This document shows, in pieces, positions 1 to 9,771 of a DNA stretch of 64,000 bases. Source of the stretch: Bacillota bacterium. GTDB lineage: Bacteria > Bacillota > Sulfobacillia > Sulfobacillales > Sulfobacillaceae. The stretch spans positions 1,926 through 65,925 of the forward strand of contig JAKADO010000006.1 in NCBI GenBank assembly GCA_021820485.1. Reading direction: 5' to 3'. The notes below the pieces were generated by a model. That model made no database searches and was not told where the DNA came from. It worked only from the letters and a program-made list of their open reading frames with translations. The first letter of the stretch is position 1; each line of letters opens with the position of its first letter. A program made the translations under genes and the position numbers.

Positions 1-115
1 CCAAGTCCACCGTTATCATGGAAGCTGCCATGAAGCCTCCTATCGTCCACGCCGCGATCCGACCAGCAGTTTTGGCTGGTGACCTCCGGTGGGCCCGTCG
101 TTCGGCTCTCGTCAC
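1..115 (-). CDS. Partial hypothetical protein running off the left window edge; N-terminal basic then hydrophobic segment (signal or anchor-like)
   Basis: AAGGAGG about 8 nt before GTG at 115; reads MTRAERRAHRRSPAKTAGRIAAWTIGGFMAASMITVDL with no stop before the edge; absent from the ORF track because truncated. Confidence 0.5.
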   Translation of the reverse strand, partial: MTRAERRAHRRSPAKTAGRIAAWTIGGFMAASMITVDL

Positions 116-350
116 GGATATGACCTCCTTCTTTCCGATTCCATGGCGAGAGTACCGCGGATTGGGAAAGTCTCCCATCGCCCATTTTGGGTGAATGCAA
201 GCACTCACCCGTCCACATCCGCAACCCTGCACCAAACCGGCCCACCAAGCCCCTCCCAGCCTTGGGAACTGCGCGCAGGGTGAACCCTCCGGTCCATTTC
301 TCACCCCAAGGGTTATGGGTGATTCCGCATAGGAGCCATGCAAAGAGGAG

Positions 351-377
351 AAAAGGCTCCCCTCGAGGGAAGCCTTT
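351..377 (-). terminator. Intrinsic terminator after the SDR gene
   Basis: Minus strand reads GGCTTCCC-TCGA-GGGGAGCC followed by TTTT, about 40 nt after the stop at 420. Confidence 0.6.
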
Positions 378-419
378 AGACGGATTGAGATTCAGTTTCC
401 CACCGGTTCGCTGGCCTTT

Positions 420-1193
420 TCACTCCTCATATATCATCTTCACGGTCATGCCGCCATCCACCATAAGGTTAGCTCCCGTAATAAACCCGGAACGCGGCGA
501 GGCTAGGAAGAGCGCCGCTTCGGCCACATCCTCCGGAGTACCTACCCGCCCCGCCGGATGCTGGCGATGGTCCCCTTCGGTCAGATGCACCGTCTTCTGG
601 CGGTCGCGCTTCTGATATTGAGACACTTCAATCCACCCGGGGCTGATGGCATTCACACGCACGCGGGGGCCCAAGGTGATGGCCAACGAATGGGTCAGGG
701 CGACAATGCCGCCTTTGCTTGCGGAATAAGGCTCCGTATTGGCCTCGGACATGAAGGCCCGTGTCGAGGCGATGTTGACAATCGCGCCACCCTCCGGGTT
801 TTTCGCCAACGCTTCGCTGCAATACTTCGCCATCATATAGGGGCCGCGCAAGTTGACGGCAATAACCCGATCCCACTCCGCCATGCTGCGGGTGGCGAGC
901 GTCCCCGATGGGCCGATGCCGGCATTGTTCACCAAGACATGAATTCCGCCCCACATGGCCAGCGTCTTTTCGATGCAACGCTGCACAGCGGACTCTTCGG
1001 CCACGTCGGTGGGAATGCTGTACGCCTGCAGTCCCTCTGTGGTAAGCGTTGCGACAAGCTCGTGAGCCGCCTCTTCATCCACATCGGCGATCGCAATCTT
1101 GCTGCCGCGACGGGCAAATGCGGTTGATATTGCCATGCCGATGCCTTGCGCGCCTCCCGTAACCAGGACCACCTTGTCCGTAAATTCTCCCAT
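420..1193 (-). CDS. Classical short-chain dehydrogenase/reductase (SDR)
   Basis: TGGAQGIG (TGxxxGxG), NNAG and YSASK (YxxxK) motifs; 257 aa. Confidence 0.92.
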   Translation of the reverse strand: MGEFTDKVVLVTGGAQGIGMAISTAFARRGSKIAIADVDEEAAHELVATLTTEGLQAYSIPTDVAEESAVQRCIEKTLAMWGGIHVLVNNAGIGPSGTLATRSMAEWDRVIAVNLRGPYMMAKYCSEALAKNPEGGAIVNIASTRAFMSEANTEPYSASKGGIVALTHSLAITLGPRVRVNAISPGWIEVSQYQKRDRQKTVHLTEGDHRQHPAGRVGTPEDVAEAALFLASPRSGFITGANLMVDGGMTVKMIYEE

Positions 1194-1269
1194 GCGCGCA
1201 CCATCCTATCGTACTGTGATATGGGGCTATTGTAGGGAGTTCCGGCGGCGGAAAGCAACTCATACAGAA

Positions 1270-1294
1270 CCACCCTCGGAGCGTCCGAGGGTGG
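1270..1294 (-). terminator. Hairpin, probable terminator after solute-binding protein 1
   Basis: CCACCCTCGGA-GCG-TCCGAGGGTGG, perfect 11-bp stem 12 nt after the stop, followed by TTCTGTAT on the minus strand. Confidence 0.55.
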
Positions 1295-1306
1295 CGCCGA
1301 CAATCG

Positions 1307-3043
1307 CTATTTGGAGGAAATCCACCAGTAGTTGAATTGCGGCATCCCAGTGGCCGCATTGTAGTACTGTTGCACATCGTGCACCGTAGGCAAGGCCACC
1401 ACCAAGGTCGCTGGGTTGTTGTTCCACAAGAACGGCAGTTGGCTAGACGTATAGTCGGCATACCGATAGAAAGTTTTGATGCTTTGCTGGTTTGTCGGAT
1501 ACGGTTGATGAGTCGCCTGAATCAGGGAATCCTCTTCCGCGTTGGAGTAGCCGTAACCGGAAGGCGCGTTGGTGGCAAAAAGCTGGCCGCCTGACGGATA
1601 CCAGCCCGGCCCGTCATAGAGCCAACCGGTGCCTGTGGCAATCTGCCAACTGTTCGGTGCCTTGCGGTTGCTGACAATGCCGATGAGCGTGCTGAACGGC
1701 TGGCCCTTCAGCGTCACCACAATGCCCTCCTTGGCCCAGTCGGTTTGCATCAACTCGGCCGCTGCGGTGGCCGCCGCACTCCCCGTAGCATAGAGCATTT
1801 GAAACTTAAGCTGCTGGCCATTCTTGGTCATCACCCCATTGACCTCATGCCAACCATGGCTTTCAAGGAGCTTCTTCGCCGCCTGGATGCTGTAGGGATA
1901 GGGATTCTTGAAGTTGGGATCCAGGAATTGAGTCTTGGGTGTGCTGGAAATTGGGCCATACTGCGCCGGGGCGTAGCCGTGATAGATATCCGTATTGATG
2001 GCCGGTTGGTCGATACCCATCTGCATGGCTTGCCGGATATAGAGCTTGTCAAAGATGGGGGCCGTGTTGCTGCCGGGATACATGTTAAGGTCGGTGTAAA
2101 ACATGCCAAAGGGATAGGCGGCAAAGATCTTGTCGCCGTTGGAGGTCAATTGTCCCTTGGCGCCATATTCGCTGAGGTCGAGGTATCCCACATCCACGGC
2201 ACCGGTCCGCAACCCGGCAAATTCCGATGAGTTGGACCCTTGGAAGGCAAACACAAAACGGTTGACGACCGATTTGTGTCCCGAATATTGGGGATTCGGC
2301 ACCAAGACCCACTCTTGGTTGGACACCGCCTTTTGGAGCTTGAACGGCCCGTCTACAACATTGTCGATGGCCGGGTTTGTCCCCTGGGAGCCAAGATATT
2401 TGACCTCGTTCATGATGTTCTTATGAATGTCCCACACGCTGGACGGCATGGGAACCAACTGGATCAGCCCGTTGTAGATGAACCACTGTTGGTTGGCCGG
2501 TTTGTCCAGCGTGAAAGTCAGTTCGTAGGGATTGTTCTGGACGACGCTCTGGATGCCATTCGGAATGTCTCCAGTGCCGGCCCCAACGAAGGGCCAAGGG
2601 GCTGGCGCGTTGGTGGCAGAGGCGGCCTTCACCACATTCCAGGTAAAGAGCACGTCCTTGGCGGTTACCGGCTGACCGTTGGACCAGTGCCACTTCTTGT
2701 TCAGATAGACATGATAGACGGTGCCCTGCTTGTTATACGTAATCTTCCGGGCAATCGACGACTTCCAGTCAATTTGATACTGGTTGTTGATCCAGATGAG
2801 GGGCTTATACAGCATGTTCAACAGCTGGGTGTTGTAGACGGAGTCGAACGCTGCGGTCGTCACCGGGAGATACCAGTTGATGTTGGTTTGAGGCGGAAGC
2901 GCAAAAATGATGGTGCCACCCTTTTGCACGCCTGTGGCTCCACTAGCGGGGGGATTCGTGGTGGCAGCGCCGCATCCGGCAGCGACCGTCGCAATCCCCA
3001 CCGTGAGTGCAACCGATGCCAGCACCGTCGCTCGTTTCGTCAT
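1307..3043 (-). CDS. Peptide/oligopeptide ABC transporter substrate-binding lipoprotein (family 5), orphan copy 1
   Basis: Lipobox VAAGC, Thr/Pro-rich linker, OppA/DppA-like motifs (WSNGQPVTAKDV, VDGPF, IRQAMQMGID); AAGGAGG RBS. Confidence 0.9.
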   Translation of the reverse strand: MTKRATVLASVALTVGIATVAAGCGAATTNPPASGATGVQKGGTIIFALPPQTNINWYLPVTTAAFDSVYNTQLLNMLYKPLIWINNQYQIDWKSSIARKITYNKQGTVYHVYLNKKWHWSNGQPVTAKDVLFTWNVVKAASATNAPAPWPFVGAGTGDIPNGIQSVVQNNPYELTFTLDKPANQQWFIYNGLIQLVPMPSSVWDIHKNIMNEVKYLGSQGTNPAIDNVVDGPFKLQKAVSNQEWVLVPNPQYSGHKSVVNRFVFAFQGSNSSEFAGLRTGAVDVGYLDLSEYGAKGQLTSNGDKIFAAYPFGMFYTDLNMYPGSNTAPIFDKLYIRQAMQMGIDQPAINTDIYHGYAPAQYGPISSTPKTQFLDPNFKNPYPYSIQAAKKLLESHGWHEVNGVMTKNGQQLKFQMLYATGSAAATAAAELMQTDWAKEGIVVTLKGQPFSTLIGIVSNRKAPNSWQIATGTGWLYDGPGWYPSGGQLFATNAPSGYGYSNAEEDSLIQATHQPYPTNQQSIKTFYRYADYTSSQLPFLWNNNPATLVVALPTVHDVQQYYNAATGMPQFNYWWISSK

Positions 3044-3455
3044 GTCGAACCTCCTTCCATGGGCTGTCTGAGATCCCTTCTAGCAAATCATCCCTAGATT
3101 CGCCGTTCTTCCATAAATTTCCTTCTAAGGGATGCTGTTTTGCTACAGTTTAGTTCAGGGAAAGGACGTCTGATACCACCGCATTCAGCCCCCACCAGAC
3201 GTTTCCCATGGTGCAGCGCGCCCACATCGCCATGCGACGTGGCGCGTTGGAGGGGTTTTGGACCGATCATTAATGGTGGCGTCCCTTCCCATGGAAGGGT
3301 GGAGAGCAGTGGAGGAGCAACCATTCACGGATTTTAAGGGAGAAGTGCTTTGGGGCCGGGGAACTGCCGTTTCCAGCGTCCCCCGACCCGCAAATATGTG
3401 AATCCGGTTTAGATATTCGACGAGGCCACCCAGGTTCTGGACGTTTCGGGCAAGT

Positions 3456-4475
3456 CTATGACTCGCCCATTAGGCCGTCACCACGGGCAGAAGCCGATGC
3501 AGACTGGGACGCACCCCGCAGCGGCACCTCGCCGGTTCTTCCAATCGGCATGACCTGCATCCCCAGATAGCTAAGCACGGTAAAGAGCAGCATGAGCGTG
3601 GCAATATGCAGCATGTAGGGGCCGGTGGTTAAGCGGCTCAAAGCCAAGTTCGCCCCAGAAGCCACCTGCCCCAGCACCACAATCAAAAACCATACGCCGC
3701 CGCGTGCCAAGTCTGGCCTTCGCCGCATCGCCCGCAAGTGGAAGAGCAGCCATACCGACAACACCACCAATCCCACCGCAAAGAGACGGTGAATGACGTC
3801 GAGACCGACCGCTCCCCCGAAGCCCGGGAAGAACTTCCCGTTGCACAGAGGCCAGGTGGTGCATGCCTCGCCCGCGCCGCGAAATGCCACGTAGGACCCC
3901 CAATAAATGGCCATGTATGTGTAAATCCATGTGCCCACGACGAGCGTTCGTGTGGCGGGCGACGCCTCGCGCCGCAAGGTCAATCCGGATGTGCGTCCAC
4001 GCATTGAGGCGCTTAACTGAAAAATGAACACGGCCAAGAGCGTGGTGCCAACCATGGCCAGCATCCCGAATCCCAAGTGCAGAGCCAACACGGTCGGCGG
4101 ATTGACGAAAACCACCGCCAAAGCGCCGAGTGCCGACTGCACCACGATGAAGCCAATGCCCAGCCAAGCCAGCACCTTGACCTCCACAAACTTTCGATAG
4201 AGCACCAATGCCCAGACACAGAAGACCACCGCTACCAAAGCGAAGCCGCCCACGAGCATGCGATGCGCGAATTCAATCACCACATGGGTATTGGAGAGGC
4301 TCGGAATCACAGCGCCGTTGCAGAGCGGCCAATCCCTGCCGCATCCCAATGCTGACCCCGTTTCCGTATCCAAGAACCCCACCAAGTTCACGATTAGCAT
4401 GCCAACGCTGGCCACCACCGCCAGCGCCTTCAAGATCCCTGATGGGAGCCTGATATCTTCCGTACGGGTACTCAT
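3456..4475 (-). CDS. ctaA: Heme A synthase (COX15/CtaA family)
   Basis: CGRDWPLCNG, EFAHR, HLGFG, CTTWPLCNG, IHRL and LHI motifs with about 8 TM segments; start moved to ATG 4475 on RBS spacing. Confidence 0.85.
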   Translation of the reverse strand: MSTRTEDIRLPSGILKALAVVASVGMLIVNLVGFLDTETGSALGCGRDWPLCNGAVIPSLSNTHVVIEFAHRMLVGGFALVAVVFCVWALVLYRKFVEVKVLAWLGIGFIVVQSALGALAVVFVNPPTVLALHLGFGMLAMVGTTLLAVFIFQLSASMRGRTSGLTLRREASPATRTLVVGTWIYTYMAIYWGSYVAFRGAGEACTTWPLCNGKFFPGFGGAVGLDVIHRLFAVGLVVLSVWLLFHLRAMRRRPDLARGGVWFLIVVLGQVASGANLALSRLTTGPYMLHIATLMLLFTVLSYLGMQVMPIGRTGEVPLRGASQSASASARGDGLMGES

Positions 4476-4543
4476 GCCTGCCATCCCTCTTTTCTTCCGG
4501 TCCCTCATCTTCCCGATCAAAGACAAACTCTAGCCGTGATCGT

Positions 4544-4574
4544 ATCATACCCGCGTTTCGACATCTATCGTCAA
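4544..4574 (-). promoter_or_regulatory. Possible sigma-A promoter for ctaA with a long spacer
   Basis: Minus strand TTGACG-19 nt-TATGAT. Confidence 0.3.
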
Positions 4575-4657
4575 GTGCGGTCCGATCAGGCTAGAGTTGT
4601 CTTTAAACTGGTGCCGCTTCCGCGTCAGCGGACGCGAGAAAGCGTTTTAAGCGGAAT

Positions 4658-5542
4658 CTAGGCTTCTGCTTCGGCCCGCCGGATAATAAATGCTTCCAGC
4701 GGGGGGAAGTAATGCCCGGGATCATCCCACATGGCAATGTGACTGCCATCCGGGCACACTACCGTTTCCGATCCAGGAATCCGTCGCCCCATCTCGATAA
4801 CGTCCGCAGGATCCATGGTGTCGTGCGCCCCGACCATGAGCAATGCCGGCACTTGAATGGATGCGAGATCGTCCCACCGGTCCCAGTCTTTGAAGGTTCC
4901 CGTGACCAAGAACTCGTTGGGCCCCTGCATGGTGCCGTACACATCCATATTGATGCGCGCGAGCGAGCGGGACACCGCCGCTGGCCATGCGTCCAGCCGG
5001 CACAGATGGCGGCGGTACAGGACATCCATGATTTCCAAGTAGCGGGGGTGGGTAAACTGTTCGGCTGCCTCGTACTCGGTCATTTCCTCCTGCATGGACA
5101 CCGGAAGCTCGGCGCGCAGTGCATTGAGATGCCGCACATAGGCCTGAATGCTTGCCACCATGTTGGAAATCACGACGCCCATCAGTTGTTCAGGATAATG
5201 AAGCGCATATTCAATCGCCAAGAGACCGCCCCAGGATTGCCCAAAGAGTATGAAACGCTCCAAGCCCAGCACCTGGCGCACCTCATTGACTTCGTCCCGG
5301 AACCGCTCGATCGTCCATAACCCCGCATCAGTCGGTTGATCCGAGTGATAGGATCCCAACTGGTCATAGAAGTAGAGCCGAACGCGATCCAGCGGCAAGT
5401 ATTCGGCCAAAGCCTCCATGTACTCGTGCGTCGCCCCCGGACCGCCATGGAGCAACAATACCGGAATGGCCCCTGTTCCCACTTGCCGTGTCCAGACGTG
5501 ATAGCCGTTCTTGAGGGTGATGATGCGTGTCTGTCCATCCAT
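4658..5542 (-). CDS. pip: Proline iminopeptidase-like alpha/beta hydrolase (S33)
   Basis: HGGPG, YDQLG, GQSWGG nucleophile elbow and GSH catalytic His; 42 bp downstream of solute-binding protein 2. Confidence 0.85.
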   Translation of the reverse strand: MDGQTRIITLKNGYHVWTRQVGTGAIPVLLLHGGPGATHEYMEALAEYLPLDRVRLYFYDQLGSYHSDQPTDAGLWTIERFRDEVNEVRQVLGLERFILFGQSWGGLLAIEYALHYPEQLMGVVISNMVASIQAYVRHLNALRAELPVSMQEEMTEYEAAEQFTHPRYLEIMDVLYRRHLCRLDAWPAAVSRSLARINMDVYGTMQGPNEFLVTGTFKDWDRWDDLASIQVPALLMVGAHDTMDPADVIEMGRRIPGSETVVCPDGSHIAMWDDPGHYFPPLEAFIIRRAEAEA

Positions 5543-5584
5543 CGCGTTCGACTCTCCTTATCTCGAATTCCATGAGACCATCCG

Positions 5585-7324
5585 CTATTGGCTGACGGTC
5601 CAGTAGTTGGCGTACAGGAAGTCGGTCACCGGGTTAAACGTGCTGACCGTCCCGTGCACACTCTTGGAGTGCACGTCGAACCCAATCATGCGGGCGTAGC
5701 CCATGGGGAACCACGGAACCCAGAGAACCGGCAGATGCTGTGCCATAAATTCCTGGTACGCATCCATGCGCGCTTGAATCTGGCTCTCCGTACCGGGCAT
5801 GTAGGTGTTTTGAATGAGCTGGTCCAGTGTCGCGTTGTTGTAGCCGCCCACATTTTCTCCTGCACCCGTCGCGAACAAGTTTCCGCCCGAGGGGTAGTAG
5901 TCCAGCTGATAGGTCCAGCCAGCGCCCCAATAGCCCATCTGCCACTTAGTGGCGTCCGACTGCGCGGTGGTCGCCAACACTTCATTGATGGGCATCTGCT
6001 GCAGTGTCACCTGAACGCCTTCTTGCGCCCAGTCGTTCTTAATCAATTCCACCATGTGCGTTTCGGTGGTGCTGCCGGCGGCGTAGATCATGGTAAAGGC
6101 CAGCTTCTGACCGTTCTTGGTCATGACCCCGTTTACGTCGGTCCAGCCGTGCGACTCCAGCAGCTTCTTCCCCGCCGCGGGATTAAACGGATACGGCGTC
6201 TTCTTCAACTTGGGGTCCGTGTAAATGGTCGGCGGTTGGCTCGGGATCGGTCCGTCCGTCGCAACGCCGGCGCCGTGGTACAGGGTGGAAATGATGCCTT
6301 GCTGGTCAATGCCCATCTCCAGCGCCTGCCGCACGTACAGATTGGAAAATACTTTCCCCATGCCGCCAGGAGCGTTCGGATTGACGTTGGGCACGATGTA
6401 GTTCATGCCGAAGAGATAGGTGGATGACAGCACGTCATTGGGCAAGTTGTGCCGCGCTTGATACATCGAGGGCGGAAGGTATCCCACACTCACCGTTCCA
6501 TTGCGGAGTCCGACAAATTCGTTGGCCGATGACGTCTCATACTGGAAAATCAACTTGCTGATGGAAGCCTTGTGCCCGCCGTAGTTCGGGTTTGGCACCA
6601 GTTCCCAGTAGTTGTTGGCCTGCCAGCTCTTGAACTGGAAGGGTCCGTCCACAACTTTATAGACTGGGTTGGAGGGCGAATTGGCCACCGATTGAATGAA
6701 GCGCAGCTCCTGGACAGGGTTGTTGGGATACTTGTCCCAACTCGCCTTGGGAATCGGGCTGATTTGGCTAAGCCCGTTGTGGATGAACCAGGTTGGGTTC
6801 ACCGGCTTGTCGACCGTGACCACGACCGTGTTGCTGCCCTGCGCGGTGACACTCTTCCAATCGCTGGGCACGCCGCCACTGCCGGCCGCCCCATAAGTCC
6901 ACGGCGCATTCGGTTGCGTCGCATCGCGAATCAGGTCCCAGGTAAAGACGACGTCTTGCGCCGTCACAGGCTTCCCGTTGGACCACCGGTACTTGGGATT
7001 CAACGTAATGGTATAGGTGGTGCCATTGTTGCTTACCGCAATGTTCTTGGCCAGCGAACGAGAGTAGTCCACCTGGCTCTCCTTGTTGAGATAGACCAAC
7101 GGCCGATACATCAGAAACTGGATTTGCGCGTTGATTTCAATGTACGCCGCGGCGCTGAAGACAGGCACAAACCAGTTCGGTGGACTGTCCGGCGCCAGCG
7201 CCACAACCACCGTTCCGCCCGTGGAACTTGTCCCAGTGGATGTCGTAGCGGGCGACGAGCCGCATCCTGCCAATGCTGCGGCGCTCACCCCCACCATCCC
7301 GAGCATAGCGAGACGCTTACCCAT
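5585..7324 (-). CDS. Peptide/oligopeptide ABC substrate-binding lipoprotein (family 5), orphan copy 2
   Basis: Lipobox ALAGC; WSNGKPVTAQDV, VDGPF and VRQALEMGID motifs; paralogous to 1307..3043. Confidence 0.9.
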   Translation of the reverse strand: MGKRLAMLGMVGVSAAALAGCGSSPATTSTGTSSTGGTVVVALAPDSPPNWFVPVFSAAAYIEINAQIQFLMYRPLVYLNKESQVDYSRSLAKNIAVSNNGTTYTITLNPKYRWSNGKPVTAQDVVFTWDLIRDATQPNAPWTYGAAGSGGVPSDWKSVTAQGSNTVVVTVDKPVNPTWFIHNGLSQISPIPKASWDKYPNNPVQELRFIQSVANSPSNPVYKVVDGPFQFKSWQANNYWELVPNPNYGGHKASISKLIFQYETSSANEFVGLRNGTVSVGYLPPSMYQARHNLPNDVLSSTYLFGMNYIVPNVNPNAPGGMGKVFSNLYVRQALEMGIDQQGIISTLYHGAGVATDGPIPSQPPTIYTDPKLKKTPYPFNPAAGKKLLESHGWTDVNGVMTKNGQKLAFTMIYAAGSTTETHMVELIKNDWAQEGVQVTLQQMPINEVLATTAQSDATKWQMGYWGAGWTYQLDYYPSGGNLFATGAGENVGGYNNATLDQLIQNTYMPGTESQIQARMDAYQEFMAQHLPVLWVPWFPMGYARMIGFDVHSKSVHGTVSTFNPVTDFLYANYWTVSQ

Positions 7325-7521
7325 TAACTAATCCCTCCTCGTGATAATTAGCAGATATTCGTGAAAAATACTAAAAGTCCTGCCGCGCTCATCGACAAAT
7401 TTCGATAAATTTCGCGTATGGGTTTGACATTTATATCCAGAGAGAGGGGAACCGGCGGCGGCGTTGGGCTCCAGCCGTCCATTCGTGATAGTATCTAAAG
7501 GACGCAAGGAGGTCGCAGACA

Positions 7522-7749
7522 TTGGCTGTTCTACAAGTTTCCAAGCGCTTTTTTGTGGGCATCGCCCTTCCGGGCATGGGACGGAGCATTGACCTCATCA
7601 ATCAACCGCCTGAGGAAATCCGGCGCATACACGAATCATACGCCGCCGGCGACCTGTCCGTAGAGTTTGTGGAGGAGCCCGGCCAGACATACCCGGTCGT
7701 GAAAATCTGGGTGAATCCCCACGGGGATCAAGTCACCCTCTTTATCTAA
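7522..7749 (+). CDS. Small hypothetical soluble protein (75 aa)
   Basis: AAGGAGG before the TTG start; GC3-biased codons; followed by hairpin AATCGCC-N6-GGCGATT. Confidence 0.65.
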   Translation: MAVLQVSKRFFVGIALPGMGRSIDLINQPPEEIRRIHESYAAGDLSVEFVEEPGQTYPVVKIWVNPHGDQVTLFI

Positions 7750-7880
7750 ATCGCCCCCGGCGGCGATTATCCCGCCGAGGTCAAGGAGCCACGGTTTATT
7801 GCGCCTTGGCTTTCGAGCGAACCAAAGATCGTGAAGAGATGCCCTGAACCCCTGCGCGAAGGCACAAAGCTCTTCAAGCA

Positions 7881-7906
7881 AGCGGCATGGCGGGCGCCAT
7901 GCCGCT
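7881..7906. terminator. GC-rich hairpin between convergent genes
   Basis: AGCGGCATGGCG-GG-CGCCATGCCGCT, perfect 12-bp inverted repeat. Confidence 0.5.
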
Positions 7907-7938
7907 GATATTGGTATCCTCCAACACGAGGCCCGAAA

Positions 7939-8919
7939 CTACCGGAACCCCAACACCGGATGGGGCACATACGGCTCCTCAAGCCGTTTGATTTCCTCGG
8001 GTGTCAGGCGCACCTCCAAGGCTGCCACTGCATCATCCATGTGCTCCAGTTTGGTCGCACCGATGATGGGCGCCGTGACGGGAGACTTCTGCAGGACCCA
8101 TGCCAAGGCGACGCGCGCCATGGGCAGGCCACGCTCCTCGGCCACCTCGGCCACCCGTCCAACCACCGCTCGGTCGGCCTCCTCCATGGCGTTGTAGAGT
8201 GTTTTGCCAAATTGGTCAAGCTCCGCCCGCGTGGTGGTTTGATTCCATGGCCGGGTCAACCGCCCACGCGCCAGCGGGCTCCAAGGAATCACCCCGACTC
8301 CCTGGGACTCACACAGCGGCAACATCTCACGCTCTTCCTCGCGGTACAGCAAGTTGAGGTAGTCCTGCATGGAGACAAATCGCGCCCACCCGTGCTTCTC
8401 CTGCAGCGCCAATGCCTGCATGAACTGCCAGGCATGCATGGATGACGCTCCGATGTAGCGCGCCTTGCCGGACTTCACCACATCGTTGAGCGCTTCCAGC
8501 GTCTCTTCAATTGGGGTCTCATAATCCCAACGATGTATTTGATAGAGGTCCACGTAATCGGTCCCGAGGCGGCTGAGACTCTGGTCAATCTCCGCTAAAA
8601 TCGCCTTCCGGGAGAGCCCTGCGCCGTTGGGCCCGGGCCGCATGCGGCCATGCACCTTGGTCGCGATGACGACCTCCTCCCGACGGGTGAAGTCACGAAG
8701 GGCGCGCCCCACGATTTCTTCGCTGGTGCCATCCGAATAGACATTCGCCGTATCGAAGAAGTTGATACCCATGTCGAGCGCCTTCTTGATGAACGGCCGA
8801 CTCTCCTCTTCATTCAGCACCCATTGGTGATTACCCCGTTCCGGCACCCCATAGCTCATGCACCCAAGACAAATGCGGGAAACCTCAAGACCGGTATGGC
8901 CCAAGCGTACGTATTCCAT
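7939..8919 (-). CDS. Aldo/keto reductase
   Basis: MEYVRLGHTGLEVSRICLG start; FFDTANVY, VIATK and DLYQIHRWD (catalytic D/Y/K/H); start moved to ATG 8919 on RBS. Confidence 0.92.
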   Translation of the reverse strand: MEYVRLGHTGLEVSRICLGCMSYGVPERGNHQWVLNEEESRPFIKKALDMGINFFDTANVYSDGTSEEIVGRALRDFTRREEVVIATKVHGRMRPGPNGAGLSRKAILAEIDQSLSRLGTDYVDLYQIHRWDYETPIEETLEALNDVVKSGKARYIGASSMHAWQFMQALALQEKHGWARFVSMQDYLNLLYREEEREMLPLCESQGVGVIPWSPLARGRLTRPWNQTTTRAELDQFGKTLYNAMEEADRAVVGRVAEVAEERGLPMARVALAWVLQKSPVTAPIIGATKLEHMDDAVAALEVRLTPEEIKRLEEPYVPHPVLGFR

Positions 8920-9228
8920 CCACTCACCCTTTCCTCTAGTCCGGATACATCCTTCCCATATTTTACAAGATCTCGGCGGCCTATGCGTTAACCCAGCCCT
9001 CCCTTCCAAGGGCGACGTTCCGCCCTGGTCCCAGAAAAGCACTTCGCGCCAATGCGAAATGCACCCTGGACGCTAGGTTGGTTGTTGCCCTTTCGGGGCC
9101 AGCGTCGCCGATGATTTTCCCATCATATGTCAGGAATGATTTTCCATAACCTCGAAGAGGCCGGTACTTCGAGACTGACAGGAGGAAGAAGGGGGGAAAT
9201 TACGATCACAGAAGGGATTAAGAAAATC

Positions 9229-9417
9229 ATGGCGGTTACAACGCGCCGACTCACGCTGTGGGTCCCGCTTGTGGCAGGCGTCATGGCATCCTTGGAAGGG
9301 CTGGAGGCGCAGTTCACCCGCCTGGGCGACATCACGCCAGCCAGCCTATCGCGGCTTCTCCTGTTGCTGTTGCACGCGAACGCGCTGAGAATCTTTGTTC
9401 ACAGGGTGATTGTATAG
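9229..9417 (+). CDS. Possible 62-aa small hydrophobic protein
   Basis: ATG at 9229 inside ORF 9127..9417, purine-rich upstream, GC3-rich codons; no recognisable family. Confidence 0.3.
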   Translation: MAVTTRRLTLWVPLVAGVMASLEGLEAQFTRLGDITPASLSRLLLLLLHANALRIFVHRVIV

Positions 9418-9739
9418 ACCGGGTCACACATCCACCCGCAGGCGGCTCGGTACCTCCTACGGGACGCACTGTACCTACTCAACCGATAGTTGAGATCGGC
9501 ACGAAATCGGGTTGGGGCCATCGAGACACGGGAGCCTCCACCCCAATGGGTTTGGACCACCGAGGGCTGCTGGCCGGTGCGCCCGCCCCGCAGAACCGGC
9601 GCAGAACCTCATTCCTGCCATCTAGAGTCCATGCTAGCGACGGCAAAATGTTCCGTCTGCGACCGGCCAGGGGCAAGGTGTGATAGGCTAGGGTGTGGGG
9701 TGAGGTTGGAAAATCGCCCCTGTGCGAATTGTAAAAAAC

Positions 9740-9748
9740 TGGTATAAT
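9740..9748 (+). promoter_or_regulatory. Extended -10 sigma-A promoter for the site-2 protease gene
   Basis: TGgTATAAT, followed by a GGAAGGAGG RBS and ATG 9772. Confidence 0.55.
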
Positions 9749-9771
9749 GCGTCGGGAAGGAGGGGTTGGAG

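Noticed and set aside
140-211. GTACCGCG (T-box-like) and GGCGATGG (fluoride-riboswitch-like) words in the leader of the edge gene
   Set aside because: Wrong strand or missing the rest of each consensus
3301-3325. GGAGAG...AGGAGCAACC resembling a glycine riboswitch core
   Set aside because: No CTCTCAGG partner motif, and no downstream gene on that strand
9421-9560. Several short hairpins and a CATCCACCCGCAG motif reminiscent of Firmicute 6S RNA
   Set aside because: Motif order is wrong and no long closing helix is visible; only a covariance-model search could revive it
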